A stretch of DNA of 64,000 nucleotides from the human T2T-CHM13v2.0 reference genome, Homo sapiens. Positions 1 through 16,686 of this stretch are shown one piece after another. The notes below the pieces were generated by a model, which was not told where the DNA came from, searched no databases, and saw only the letters and a list, made by a program, of their open reading frames with translations. Each line of letters starts with the position of its first letter. Positions within the stretch are counted from its first letter, which is position 1. The position numbers and the translations under genes were made by a program. Location of the stretch: assembly GCF_009914755.1 (NCBI RefSeq), contig NC_060925.1. One strand, given 5' to 3'.

Positions 1-1407
1 AATGCACTTAGGTATTAAATATGCTCCCTGAAAGCCCCCCAAAATAGGCTGTGATCACATCAAAGGCCTGAGCTGACTCATTCACTCAGTTAAACTAAAA
101 CACCATAGCAAGGGTAAAAGACAGAACAAAGGTGTGATCAATGACCGAGGAACATAAAATTTATACGTTTCTCAGCTTAAAAAGAATTCGTAACCATCAA
201 TATCATGTTGACAGTTGGATCCACAAAGTCCATAGAAAAACCTGTGAACAACTCTACAATTATATCTTTGATTTTTTCTTCTCTAGTTAATTAAGATGTC
301 ACCAGAAGCCCTATAAGTAATTATAGCACATGACAAACATACAGAGAAAAAAAAATACACACAGATGTGTTAGCAGATTTTTAAAATAAATGAAACCTTG
401 GGAAATGACTGAGGCAGACAGTCTGGCTCACCCCTGGTAGTTCATTCTAGAGAAATAAATACCTGTCTGTGCCAAAGTGGAATGACGTCACTCAGAAATC
501 CACACACTTATCAAAGCAGTAACCACCCCCTTAAGAGCAAGCATCTCTCTGGCACCAGGCATGAGCGGAGAAGTTTGATCTACAGCCAGAAACTCCTCCT
601 GGCTAGCAAATTGTACTGTAGTATGCCAAATAGCAATAAGCCACTGAGAAGAAAGGGTATCCATAAAGATCTCCCCCTCCCAAACACCCGTCCCTGGGAC
701 AATGAGTCCCCTTACATGGCTCATAACAACAATGAAAAGGAGGGAAAAAAAATAAAATTCTTGATTCTGTGAAACTATAGATCTAAATGGAATGAAGTCT
801 ACACAGTCATCAGATTGGCTGCATGTGTCATTATCAGTTCTCATGTGTTATTTGGATATTTATCTTGCCTTTATTAGAAGGAAGTCTCTTTTTGTGTGGG
901 GGTGCAGGAGGAACAACCCCCAGGCCCAGTAAGGAATTCTCTTGAGGACAGGGTATATTTAGAATGTTTAATGAACACCTATCACCAAGAATAGGTGGGT
1001 CCTTAATCAGTATTGACTAACAACAGATGCCAGAGCCAAAGCAATCCTGTAAATGTTGAGGACAGAAAGACCATGATTCATTTAATGACTAGTTAATATG
1101 TTCAGCCTCCACCAATCTTGCCAAATCAGCTGCTCCAGTGTGTATCTGTGCTCACTCTCTGGGTGGCTACTGAATGACCAAATTTGTATGTCCATTGGCT
1201 TGTGTACTCTAAATTACAGCATATTATTAACCATGTTGATACTTTACTGGCAAAACTTTAAAGGGCTGAGTGGTATAAGAGAAGCCCTAGTCAATTTCCA
1301 GGTTAGTAGATCAAATTAGCGAGTTCAGGTCCTTAAGGAATCTGGATGAACAATGTGAAACTCCATCTACACTCTGTGGAAAGCGCCTTGAACTATGCTT
1401 AAGACAC

Positions 1408-1500
1408 AGAGTCTAGGCTTAGCTCTGCCACTTACTAGCCAGGTAACTTTGGGCAAGTCACAAATGCATTCTGGGTCTCAAAATCTCTTCACCTGTTTTA
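1408..1500 (+). mobile_element. MIR, 5' portion (continues at ~7561-7685)
   Basis: MIR core-like 'gctctgccacttactagccaggtaactttgggcaagtcac...cacctgt'. Confidence 0.65.
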
Positions 1501-1514
1501 AAAAGTAAATGGAA

Positions 1515-1675
1515 GCCAGGTATGGTGACACGTGCCTGTACTCCTGGCTACTCGGGAAGCTGAGGTGGGAAGATCGCTTGAGCCCAGGAGCTTGAGGCCA
1601 TAGTGCACAATGATTGTGCCTGTAAATGACCAGCCTGGGTAACATAGGACCTGTCTCTTAAAAAATAAATAAATA
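1515..1675 (+). mobile_element. Alu monomer (FAM/FRAM-like)
   Basis: Single ~150-bp diverged Alu arm 'gccaggtatggtgacacgtgcctgta...cctgtctct' followed by an A-rich tail. Confidence 0.8.
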
Positions 1676-1893
1676 GAGACGGAGGTAGAGGGAGGACACA
1701 GAGCCGCGCCGCCTGCACCAGAGACCTTCGCCTCGCCCCGCCGGTTCCTCACCCTCGGGGAGCAACATGGATAATCTCAGTGATACCTTGAAGAAGCTGA
1801 AGATAACAGCTGTTGACAAGACTGAGGATAGTTTAGAAGGATGCTTGGATTGTCTGCTTCAAGCCCTGGCTCAAAATAAATGATTCAGTGTAG
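1676..1893 (+). pseudogene. RAP1GDS1: Processed retrocopy of a short RAP1GDS1 (SmgGDS) mRNA, 5' part: GC-rich 5'UTR plus intact 38-codon ORF (1767-1883)
   Basis: ATG at 1767 (gcaacATGG) gives MDNLSDTLKKLKITAVDKTEDSLEGCLDCLLQALAQNK*, the first 37 residues matching the recalled RAP1GDS1 N-terminus. It is intronless and preceded by a CpG-rich UTR-like segment. The symbol names the parent gene. Confidence 0.92.
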
Positions 1894-2274
1894 GGGGGAG
1901 GAGCCAAGATGGCCGAATAGGAACAGCTCCGGTCTACAGCTCCAGCGTGAGCGACACAGAAGACGGGTGATTTCTGCATTTCCATCTGAGCTTTGAAGAG
2001 AGCAGTGGTTCTCCCAGCACGCAGCTGGAGATCTGAGAACGGGCAGACTGCCTCCTCAAGTGGGTCCCTGACCCCTGACCCCCGAGCAGCCTAACTGGGA
2101 GGCACCCCCCAGCAGGGGCACACTGACACCTCACACGGCAGGGTATTCCAACAGACCTGCAGCTGAGGGTCCTGTCTGTTAGAAGGAAAACTAACAAACA
2201 GAAAGGACATCCACACCGAAAACCCATCTGTACATCACCATCATCAAAGACCAAAAGTAGAGAAAACCTCAAAG

Positions 2275-3292
2275 ATGGGGAAAAAACAGAACAGAAAAAC
2301 TGGAAACTCTAAAACGCAGAGCGCCTCTCCTCCTCCAAAGGAACGCAGTTCCTCACCAGCAACGGAACAAAGCTGGATGGAGAATGATTTTGACGAGCTG
2401 AGAGAAGAAGGCTTCAGACGATCAAATTACTCTGAGCTACGGGAGCACATTCAAACCAAAGGCAAAGAAGTTGAAAACTTTGAAAAAAATTTAGAAGAAT
2501 GTATAACTAGAATAACGAATACAGAGAAGTGCTTAAAGGAGCTGATGGAGCTGAAAACCAAGGCTCGAGAACTACGTGAAGAATGCAGAAGCCTCAGGAG
2601 CCGATGCGATCAACTGGAAGAAAGGGTATCAGCAATGGAAGATGAAATGAATGAAATGAAGCGAGAAGGGAAGTTTAGAGAAAAAAAGAATAAAAAGAAA
2701 TGAGCAAAGCCTCCAATAAATATGGGACTATGTGAAAAGACCAAATCTACGTCTGATTGGTGTACCTGAAAGTGAGGCGGAGAATGGAACCAAGTTGGAA
2801 AACACTCTGCAGGATATTATCCAGGAGAACTTCCCCAATCTAGCAAGGCAGGCCAACGTTCAGATTCAGGAAATACAGAGAACGCCACAAAGACACTCCT
2901 CGAGAAGAGCAACTCCAAGACACATAATTGTCAGATTCACCAAAGTTGAAATGAAGGAAAAAATGTTAAGGGCAGCCAGAGAGAAAGGTCGGGTTACCCT
3001 CAAAGGGAAGCCCATCAGACTAACAGCAAATCTCTCGGCAGAAACCCTACAAGCCAGAAGAGAGTGGGGGCCAATATTCAACATTCTTAAAGAAAAGAAT
3101 TTTCAACCCAGAATTTCATATCCAGCCAAACTAAGCTTCATAAGTGAAGGAGAAATAAAATACTTTACAGACAAGCAAATGCTGACCGATTTTGTCACCA
3201 CCAGGCCTGCCCTAAAAGAGCTCCTGAAGGAAGTGCTAAACGTGGAAAGGAACAACCAGTACCAGCCACTGCAAAAACATGCCCAATTGTAA
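2275..3292 (+). pseudogene. L1 ORF1p, disrupted
   Basis: MGKKQNRKTGNSK... and ...KRPNLRLIGVPESE... lie in different frames. There is a +1 A in the A-run at ~2681-2687 and CAA TAA (for CAA GAA) at ~2714-2719. Confidence 0.95.
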
Positions 3293-3355
3293 ACACCATC
3301 GATGCTAGGAAGAAACTGCATCAACTAATGAACAAAATAGCCAGCTAACATCATA

Positions 3356-7184
<3,829 letters not shown>

Positions 7185-7404
7185 ACAATGAGATCACATG
7201 GACACAGGAAGGGGAATATCACACTCTGGGGACTGTGGTGGGGTGGGGGGAGGGGGGAGGGATAGCATTGGGAGATATACCTAATGCTAGATGACGAGTT
7301 AGTGGGTGCAGCGCACCAGCATGGCACATGTATACATATGTAACTAACCTGCACAATGTGCACATGTACCCTAAAACTTAAAGTATTAAAAAAAAAAAAA
7401 AAGC

Positions 7405-7538
7405 ATGATTCAGTGTAGTTGTAGTGCTAGATATATTATATGGAATTATCAGCAGTTTACCAGTTGGTTCTTTATTAGTACTCCTGATGTCTTAAACAAA
7501 AATGAATAACTGTTTATCTTTTAAAAAAATAAATAAAT
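7405..7538 (+). pseudogene. RAP1GDS1: 3' part of the RAP1GDS1 retrocopy (alternative 3' end plus A-rich tail), separated from the 5' part by the L1
   Basis: The sequence resumes at the duplicated ATGATTCAGTGTAG (7405-7418), has a variant polyA signal AATGAA at 7501 and an A-rich tail from 7523. A 16-bp repeat AAAAAATAAATAAATA at 1660-1675 and 7539-7554 bounds the whole retrocopy as a candidate TSD (low complexity). Confidence 0.75.
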
Positions 7539-7560
7539 AAAAAATAAATAAATAAATAAA

Positions 7561-7685
7561 TGGGATAAGCAGGGACAGCAGACCTGCCCTGCCTAACACA
7601 CATGACTTTTGTGAAGATCCAATCAAACAAGGTGATGCCCTTAAACAAACTTTATAAACATGAAAGTGTTCTACAACTATATATC
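7561..7685 (+). mobile_element. MIR, 3' portion
   Basis: 'tgggataag...acctgccctgcctaacacacatgacttttgtgaagatccaa...tgaaagtgttctaca' resembles the MIR segment following the core. Confidence 0.6.
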
Positions 7686-7864
7686 AGTATCAACATCTTT
7701 TCTTATAATTATGACAACTATCATTACTCAACAGCCCACACAATGAATTCATACCCACGAAACAAAGTGACTAGAATCATGTCTGAAAAGACAAATACAT
7801 CTCAAAATTCCTTTTATAATAAACTTGTTTCATAAATTCCCTACTTCATTAGTATACTAAATAG

Positions 7865-8173
<309 letters not shown>

Positions 8174-8178
8174 CATAC

Positions 8179-8337
8179 TTTTTTTTTGCAGAGATGGGGT
8201 CTTGCTCTGTTGCCCAGGTTGGAGTACACGGGCATGACCATGGTTCACTGTAGCCTCAAACTCCTGGGCTCAAGCAATCCTCCCGCCTCAGCCTCCCAAA
8301 GTGCCAGGCTCACAATTATGAGCCACCTCACCTGGCC
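8179..8337 (-). mobile_element. Alu monomer (FAM/FRAM-like)
   Basis: Single diverged antisense Alu arm directly after the previous Alu. Confidence 0.75.
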
Positions 8338-9259
8338 AGGAATACATTTTATTGCTATTAATTTATCATCTGATTCTCTGGAAATTCCCAAACTCAGTGA
8401 ATCTTCTGTGCCTAATGTAGCTGAGACTTTAAACGAAAGAATCATGTGCAAAGAGAAAAGGCCAGAGTGTACAAAAAGAGAATCATGGAATTTCAGAGCT
8501 AGAAGGGACTTTCAAGATGGTCTAGAGTCTAGACCAAGCCTGTCATTGTCTGAGTGAGGAAACTGAGGCTCAGGGAGCCTGAGATCACACAGACAGTGGT
8601 GGAGCAGGGCAAGAATCCAGGTCTCCTGACTAGTAACCGTTTTCTTATTTCATTGTGGTGGTTATTACATTTCATTCAAAAGCCCTTAGCATCTCAAAGG
8701 GCTGGTGCTGAAAGAGTTAATGGACAATGCTCAGAGCCCCAGAGCGCAGAGCTATTCTAAGACAACACATAACAGGAATACCAAGGGTCCATGAACCCAG
8801 AGGGAGCAAAACTGCTGCTGCCTAACGGCGCCTGAAAGCATGTTGACACACTGCATGTGGTTACACATGAAAGGCAAGTGAATAGGAAAAGCAGTTTTGA
8901 ATCCCACCCCATTCTAATTTTGGACTGGCTCTGGGCACCTACTGGAGGACTGGGCCACACCCCAGTCACTCTGTAAAATGACCCTTCAGTTCCTTCACTC
9001 TCTCTATTCTGTGGCCTCAGTTAACCCCTTCTCTGCCTTCTTAAGGGCCATAAGAGACATCAGTAAAAGAGGACTATCAAGGAATTATCAAGATCCAGAA
9101 GTAAACCTAAGTGATTGGGGTCATCCTGTAACGAGAAGATTCCCAGTCTGGAGTCAGATGATCCCCACTAGTATCTACCATCCCCAAGCATGTGATCTGA
9201 AGCCTTCAACAGCCAGGTTCATAAATGCAAAAGAGAGCAGTTTCTGTAAGTGTGAGGCT

Positions 9260-9435
9260 TCAAGACCCCAAATCACCTTGCATCAGAATCACCTGGAATG
9301 CTTGTTTAAAATGTGGATTCTTATGCTCGTCTGCCAGAGATTACAACTCGTGGACTGATGCCCAGGAATCTGCCTTTCAAATCAGCATGTCAGGTAATTT
9401 TATGCACACCAAAAAATTTAAAAAACAATGCTCTT
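9260..9435. mobile_element. MER5-like hAT-Charlie MITE fragment
   Basis: 'catcagaatcacctggaatgcttgtttaaaatg...cccaggaatctgcctttcaa...caggtaattttatgcacacc'. Confidence 0.55.
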
Positions 9436-9566
9436 AAAGCAATGTTTTACAAACTGTGGGATTCAACCCATTAGTGAGGTTTAAAAAAAATCAACGTATA
9501 GGTCACCAACTAGCATTTCTCAAAAAATTAAGTAGGCAACAGTAGAAGAGAATAACAGAAAAAAGT

Positions 9567-9948
<382 letters not shown>

Positions 9949-11604
9949 TTATGTGTATATAAGTATATTCCAGCTTGTAGTATAAAATATGGAGATTCAT
10001 GATCAAAATGTTTTAAAGTCACTGCTCCAGAGTAATGGTCTTAAATTATGGGAGATAATTACGTATTCCAGATCCCTTTGAGAATCGTTTTTTTCTTTTT
10101 TTCTTTCAGTTACCATCCATAGGACTCTGCTTGATACTTTTTGAGAATCTGAGGATTCTCTTCTAAAGAAGAGAAGGAGGGAGGGAGGGAGGGAGGGAAG
10201 CGGGGAAACATTATAATTTGCATAGATAAATCCAGCATGTACCTGAACTTCTAGAAGCCTATCCCTCAAGGGCTTCTCTTGAAGACAGTTCCTACAATGT
10301 CTGTTCACAGTGGGCACCCAATAACCACTGTACCATGCCAACAGCTTTCTCCCCATGCTCTGTAAATGACCCCAGTGTCTTCCTTATATACCTGTAAGAT
10401 AAGTGGTCCAACTACGATGATTGTTTTCCTCTTATTTTTAGGGTGACTAGGAATGCCAAAGCTAAACAATGTCCTACAGAACACTGGGAGAAAGCAGTTG
10501 GCAAATTCCCAGAATGAGGATTCTGAAAGCAATGGTGTGGGTCCAATGTCACTGCTTTCCAAGGAACACACTCCCTGTCTACAGGGAGTGTCTACTCACT
10601 CCCGACAAGGGCAGACAATGGCACTGGCACAATTGTGCACCCCCCAGTGATAAAGTCAATAGAAGAATATCTACTTTATTTGCAAGCTGGTGAATTATTT
10701 GACCTACAAATGTACCCACAGACACAGAGGCCCCAGCCTTACCTTCTCTATATGAAAAGGACATAGGACATAAGGTCCCTAGTCCTAGATGGAAGATTTT
10801 AAAAGGGTATAAACGTCTAGAAAAACAACCAACAGCCATAGCTTGATTATCAACACAGTCCCATCCTGATGGTTAAACCTATCAGTACATAGAAAGAGTA
10901 AAAATGAGAATAAAGGTTTTAAAAACCAGCCTTTGCTAAGTGAGGAATATGAAGAAGAGATGGAAAGTGGCAAGGTATAATGGGGGGACAGGGACGGTGA
11001 AGAGAAATGGAAGAGTTGGGGAGGAAGGACCATTGAGAAGATAGAGAATCAAACCCCAAAACTATTCTAAAATTTCCTGATGCTTTTCAGTAATTTGTTT
11101 TCATGCAGTGGAAATTGGCACAGCATCTAGGATACTTTGGGCCCATCTGTTTTTGAACTTAAGCTGTACACAAGATTCAGAACAGCTGGAATCAGCAGCA
11201 CTGACCAGGTTATATGTGTCTGGAGGAAAGAGAAATAAAATGAGTGTGTGGGAGATGGAGGAAGAGGGTTAAATGGGGCAGAGAAAGGGGATTCTGGAAG
11301 CCATTCCCAGACAGACAGGAGAAAATGGCCAGGTCATCAGAATTGATGCAAAAGAGCTATTAGAGAGGCCAAAGCATGTAACTGAAGAAAGTCCAGGAGG
11401 AGAAATTTCAAGGATTTCAGAACAGGGCACTAGCAAACAGTCTCGCAAAAGGACGTAAAAGTTTGCAAGTTTGGGTGTCAATGTGCAGTGCCCCGGGGCT
11501 TCATGTCTGAAAGGCCAGATCAACATTATCCTAAGGTCTTACATCAAGCATATTACATGAGCTGCTGGTAAACAGTACAGACAATCATGGCCTACAGCTG
11601 AGCA

Positions 11605-11640
11605 GATGCTGATGCTGATGCTGATGCTGATGCTGATGCT
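11605..11640 (+). repeat. (GATGCT)6 hexanucleotide microsatellite
   Basis: Six perfect tandem GATGCT units. Confidence 0.95.
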
Positions 11641-12047
11641 GGATTCTTGGTTCACTAAATGCAAAAGAGGTGATCAGGGAGAATGGCAAGGAGAACCTAG
11701 GAGCAGGCTTAGGAGAAACTGGCAAGGGTCTCAATCCATAAGATGGCTTGCTTAGAGACAGGGCTGGTCCAGAAGTAGGGGAAAATGGTTGGTTTGTTCT
11801 CAGTGCATGTCTGGCCTATGTCCCCATCACTGACTTCTGCTAAAGCCCTGACTTAATCTATGGATACATGGGTCTCTCACTTCTCCTGAATCTGCGCCAT
11901 CTTTTTTAGTCAAGAGAAAAGGTTTGGCAGTGAGAAATGTCAAGACCCCATTCCGGAGAGGAAAACATTAAATACAAACAAATAAATAAACCAAATTATA
12001 TTTCAAACAAATAATATAACTACATTGAAGGTCTGGAGATTGAGGGA

Positions 12048-12478
12048 TGCTATGGTTTGAATCTGGTTTGTTCCCTCCAAAACTCATGTTGAAATTTGAT
12101 TGCAATTGCAAGTGGTATTGAGAGGCTGGACCACTGGGGGTTGTCTGGGTCATGGGAAGAATCCTTCATGAATAAGATTAATATTCTCATGGAAATGAGT
12201 TCTCACTCTTGTGGGACTGGATTAGTTCCTGAGAGAGTGAGTTGTTGTAAAGCAAGCTTCTTCCTAGTGTTTGCTTTCTTTTCACTCATTCCCTAGCCTT
12301 TCAGCTTCTCCGCCATGTTGTCAGGCAGCACATGGCCCCCACCAAGAGCTGAGCAGATGCTGATGCCACATTCTTATACTCTCAAGCCACCACAGTCGTG
12401 AGCCAAATAAGCTTCTTTTCTTTATAAATTACCTGGACTCAGGTATTCTGTTATGGCGACATAAAACAGACTAAGATA
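12048..12478 (+). mobile_element. MaLR solo LTR (MST family)
   Basis: Starts tgctatggtttgaat...aaaactcatgttgaaatttga and ends ...tttataaattacc...ctcaggtattctgtta...aaacagactaagata. Confidence 0.8.
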
Positions 12479-12565
12479 GGAAAGAAAGAACTAGTCAGCT
12501 AACTTTTGAACATTGTGTCTTGGCCCTCAAGGCTAATAACAAAAAGAACTCTAAACCAGTATTAA

Positions 12566-12921
<356 letters not shown>

Positions 12922-12936
12922 TGGGTTAGTAATTCT

Positions 12937-14540
12937 GAAACAACTTTCTGTACACTCTAGGACTGAGCAATTAAGTGAAAATGTGTGTTATGGATAATAG
13001 GAACCAGGTTTCTCACTGTTCAGAGAACAGGAAAGGGGAGAAAATTAAATAAAACATGTGGTATTGGATTGGAATGAAAGATACTGATATGATCTCATAG
13101 GCTTTAATATATATAAATATACAGACAGATAAAGAAATAGCTATTTATAGAAGTACATGGGTGTGTGTGTGTATGTGTCTATGTGTACATACATATATCT
13201 ACTACCTCTGTCTGCTGAAAGGGACTATAAATAATGGTACTTCAGTTACAAAGAGCATATTTAGCATCCATGGCTTCTAAATACCATTTCCCACTAAAAG
13301 CAACCGAGGCTCTCTGAAAAAATGGTCAACTCCACAGTAAAGGCAAGGAAAGTACAAGTTAAGCCTGGAACATCTTGTTGTGCCACCAAGTAAGGAAGTG
13401 CTCAAAGAACGATGGGGACATATCAATAAGACACAGAAGCCAGCTTGAAGGGACTCCATTGGCCAAATATAGAACAATATGAACATTAAAATAAAGATGG
13501 TAAAGGATTATAACCTGTTGAATAAAATAATAATCCACAAGTCCACACTGATATAAACCAACAACCAGACCAAAAAGTGGGGGTGATGGAAAAGCTCTTC
13601 CTTACAGTAGAATTGCAACTGATAAATGTAGAAGGAATGATGAAAACTGGAAAAATGACTATTTGGTAACCATCATAATAGAAAGTGATTCAAGCAAGAA
13701 ATTATAATGGATGCTAAAACTAGTGAGTATAAGAGTTGAAGGGTAAGCTGATATTTACATGGTCTCAAAGTATCTCTCCACAATATATACATTAATTACA
13801 AAGCTTATAGAACAACTTCATGGTGGAGAAACCTAGCAGACACAACTGTAACCAAATGATCAAATTTAACATCATCAGTTATGGCACAAATCATCAGCAA
13901 GTGCTTCCTGATATGATGCACTGAGAAGAACGTGACATTACATTTTATGGTATTCCTGCCAAAAGTGTGTGACTTGAATCTAATAATAAGGAAATTATCA
14001 GAAATTGCCAGAAATATCAAATTAAGGGATATTCTACAAAATAACGGGGCCAACGTCAATGTCTTGAAATATAAAGACTTGGAAATCATCCCACATTAAA
14101 GGAAAGTAAAGAGATAAGACAATTGAATGAATTGCATAATCTTGGACTTTCGTTTGCCAAAAAAGGCCATTTTTAGAACAACTGGTAAAATCTGAATGTC
14201 TATTGATTAGATAATAGTATTGTATCAATCTGTATGTCCTGATTTCGATGACTGCACTACGATTATGCAAAAGAACATCCTTATTTTTAGTAAATACACC
14301 CTAAAGTATGTATGGATAAAAGGTCATCATGTCTGCAATTTACTCTCAAGTGTTTCAGAAAAACAAAATATGTGTGTGAGAATTGAGTATGAAAAGGGTG
14401 AAGTATAAAGCAAATGTAGTAATATGTTAACATTTTGGGGCAATCTGGATAAAATGGTAGTATACAAAAATTCTTTGTGCTATTCCTGCAATTTTTCTGT
14501 AAGTCTAACATTATGGCAAAATTTTAAAACTGTTTACAGA
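12937..14540 (+). mobile_element. Ancient L1M (L1MC-like) 3' region fragments
   Basis: AT-rich sequence with L1MC-type 3'UTR motifs ('ggtcatcatgtctgcaatttactctcaa', 'ctttgtgctattcctgcaatttttctgtaagtct'). Confidence 0.6.
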
Positions 14541-15001
14541 TTGCATTCTGAAGAAAAATGAAATCATTTCTCCCATCTCTCCTTTGGCAGTAAGTGTATA
14601 TTATTTTGTGTTATCTTTTTCCCATAAACTCTCTGTCTTCCACATGACACCATGAGCTTCCTGAGGGAAAGAACAGGATCCTACACCTCTTTGTGACCCC
14701 AAACCTGCAGAGAACCTATTGGTCATTAGCGATGAGAATGAAGTCAAGTGTTTATTACTGATTCACATATAATAAAGGTGACTAACAGGGTGACTCATAA
14801 CCCAACAATTCTGTCTCCTCAACCTGGAAGTCTACGCCTTATCAGAGCACATACAAATGTATATAAACAAACTTAAAATATTTCACATTAAGTAATAACT
14901 CCCATGGGCTAGAATGGTAGCTTATTCTTCTATGTATATTTAATTCCTTGTACAACTCTTGGCACAGAATAAATGTTCAATAAATGTTTGCTGAAAGATT
15001 A

Positions 15002-15433
<432 letters not shown>

Positions 15434-15780
15434 TTAGCTTCCAAAAGAATAAGCGATTTTATCAAAGATTTTCAAGCCAGTTGTTTTTTGCTAGAGTGGC
15501 TCAAAAACATTCCCAGATCTGGTAAATCGCTTTTTTTCATCTGATGTACGATAAGAACCTTTCTAAAGTCTTCGTCAATTTGGTGCCAAGGAAGCCTACC
15601 AAAGATGTATTATATTTTTTCTATTATGGCTTCCCTGAACTATGCTGTAAAGTAGAAGGTTTCCTAAGCACTTATCATCTGGCTGGAAACTTGGTATGTG
15701 TGCTTGGGGACTAGGGGATGGGGATCAAGAAGAGGCAGCACTGAAGTCTTCATAAGCCATATTCTCATCACTCACCTCTG

Positions 15781-16082
15781 TTTTTTGTTGTTGTTTTTTT
15801 TTGAGACGGAGTCTCGCTCTGTCACCCAGGCTGGAGTGCAGTGGCGCGATCTCGACTCACTGAAAGCTCCGCCTCCTGGGTTCACACCATTCTCCTGCCT
15901 CAGCCTCCTGAGTAGGTGGGACTACAGGCACCCGCCACCACACCCGGATAATTTTTTGTATTTTTAGTAGAGATGGGGTTTCGCCGTATTAGCCAGGATG
16001 GTCTCGATCTCCTGACCTCGTGATCCGCCCGCCTCGGCCTCCCAAAGTGCTGGGATTACAGGCGTGAGCCACCGCACCCGGC
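15781..16082 (-). mobile_element. AluY-like
   Basis: Full antisense dimer with flanking repeat ACCTCTGTTT. Confidence 0.92.
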
Positions 16083-16270
16083 ACCTCTGTTTAATGAAGT
16101 AATGAACATCTAGCAAAACCAACACTGAGAAAGTATCAGGTTAAAATCCAAGACAAAGCCCATAACAATAACCCGTTAATCAGTATATCATAAAAACCTG
16201 AGTTGCGTCCTTCAGAAGGCACTAAGGGAAGTGCACCTGTGTGCTCTTCCTGTGTGTTTTTCCTCCTATG

Positions 16271-16686
16271 TGATATGGTTTGGATGTCTGTCCCCCCCCA
16301 AATCTCATGTTGAAATGTGATTCCAAATGTTGGAGGTGGGGCCTGGTGGGAGGTGACTGCGTCATGGGGGTAGATCCTTCATGAATGGTTTAGCACCATC
16401 TCTGTGGTGATAAGTGAGTTCATGCTCACTTAGTTCACGAGAGATCTGGTTGTTCAAAAGTCTGGGACCTCCCCCGACTCTCACTCCCACTCTCACCATG
16501 TGACATGCTGGCTCCCCGGTGCCTTCTGCCATGATTGTAAGCTTCCTGAGGCCTCACCAGAAGCAGACACCAGCACCATGCCTCCTGTACAGCCTGCAGA
16601 ACCATGAGCCAATCAAACCTTTTTTCTTTAGAAATTACCCAGCCTCAGGTATTTATTTACAGCATCACAAAAAATGGCCTAATACA
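16271..16686 (+). mobile_element. MaLR solo LTR (MSTA/MSTB-like)
   Basis: TG...CA termini (tgatatggtttgg ... ggcctaataca). 5-bp TSD CTATG/CTGTG. Confidence 0.88.

Noticed and set aside
1934-2272. 112-aa minus-strand ORF in the L1 5'UTR as ORF0
   Set aside because: ORF0 lies in the segment removed by the 97/622 splice. This ORF spans the junction and has no promoter support.
7419-7538. Sequence after the L1 polyA as an L1 3' transduction
   Set aside because: The L1 TSD closes at 7418, before this segment, so it belongs to the pre-existing target (the retrocopy's 3' end).
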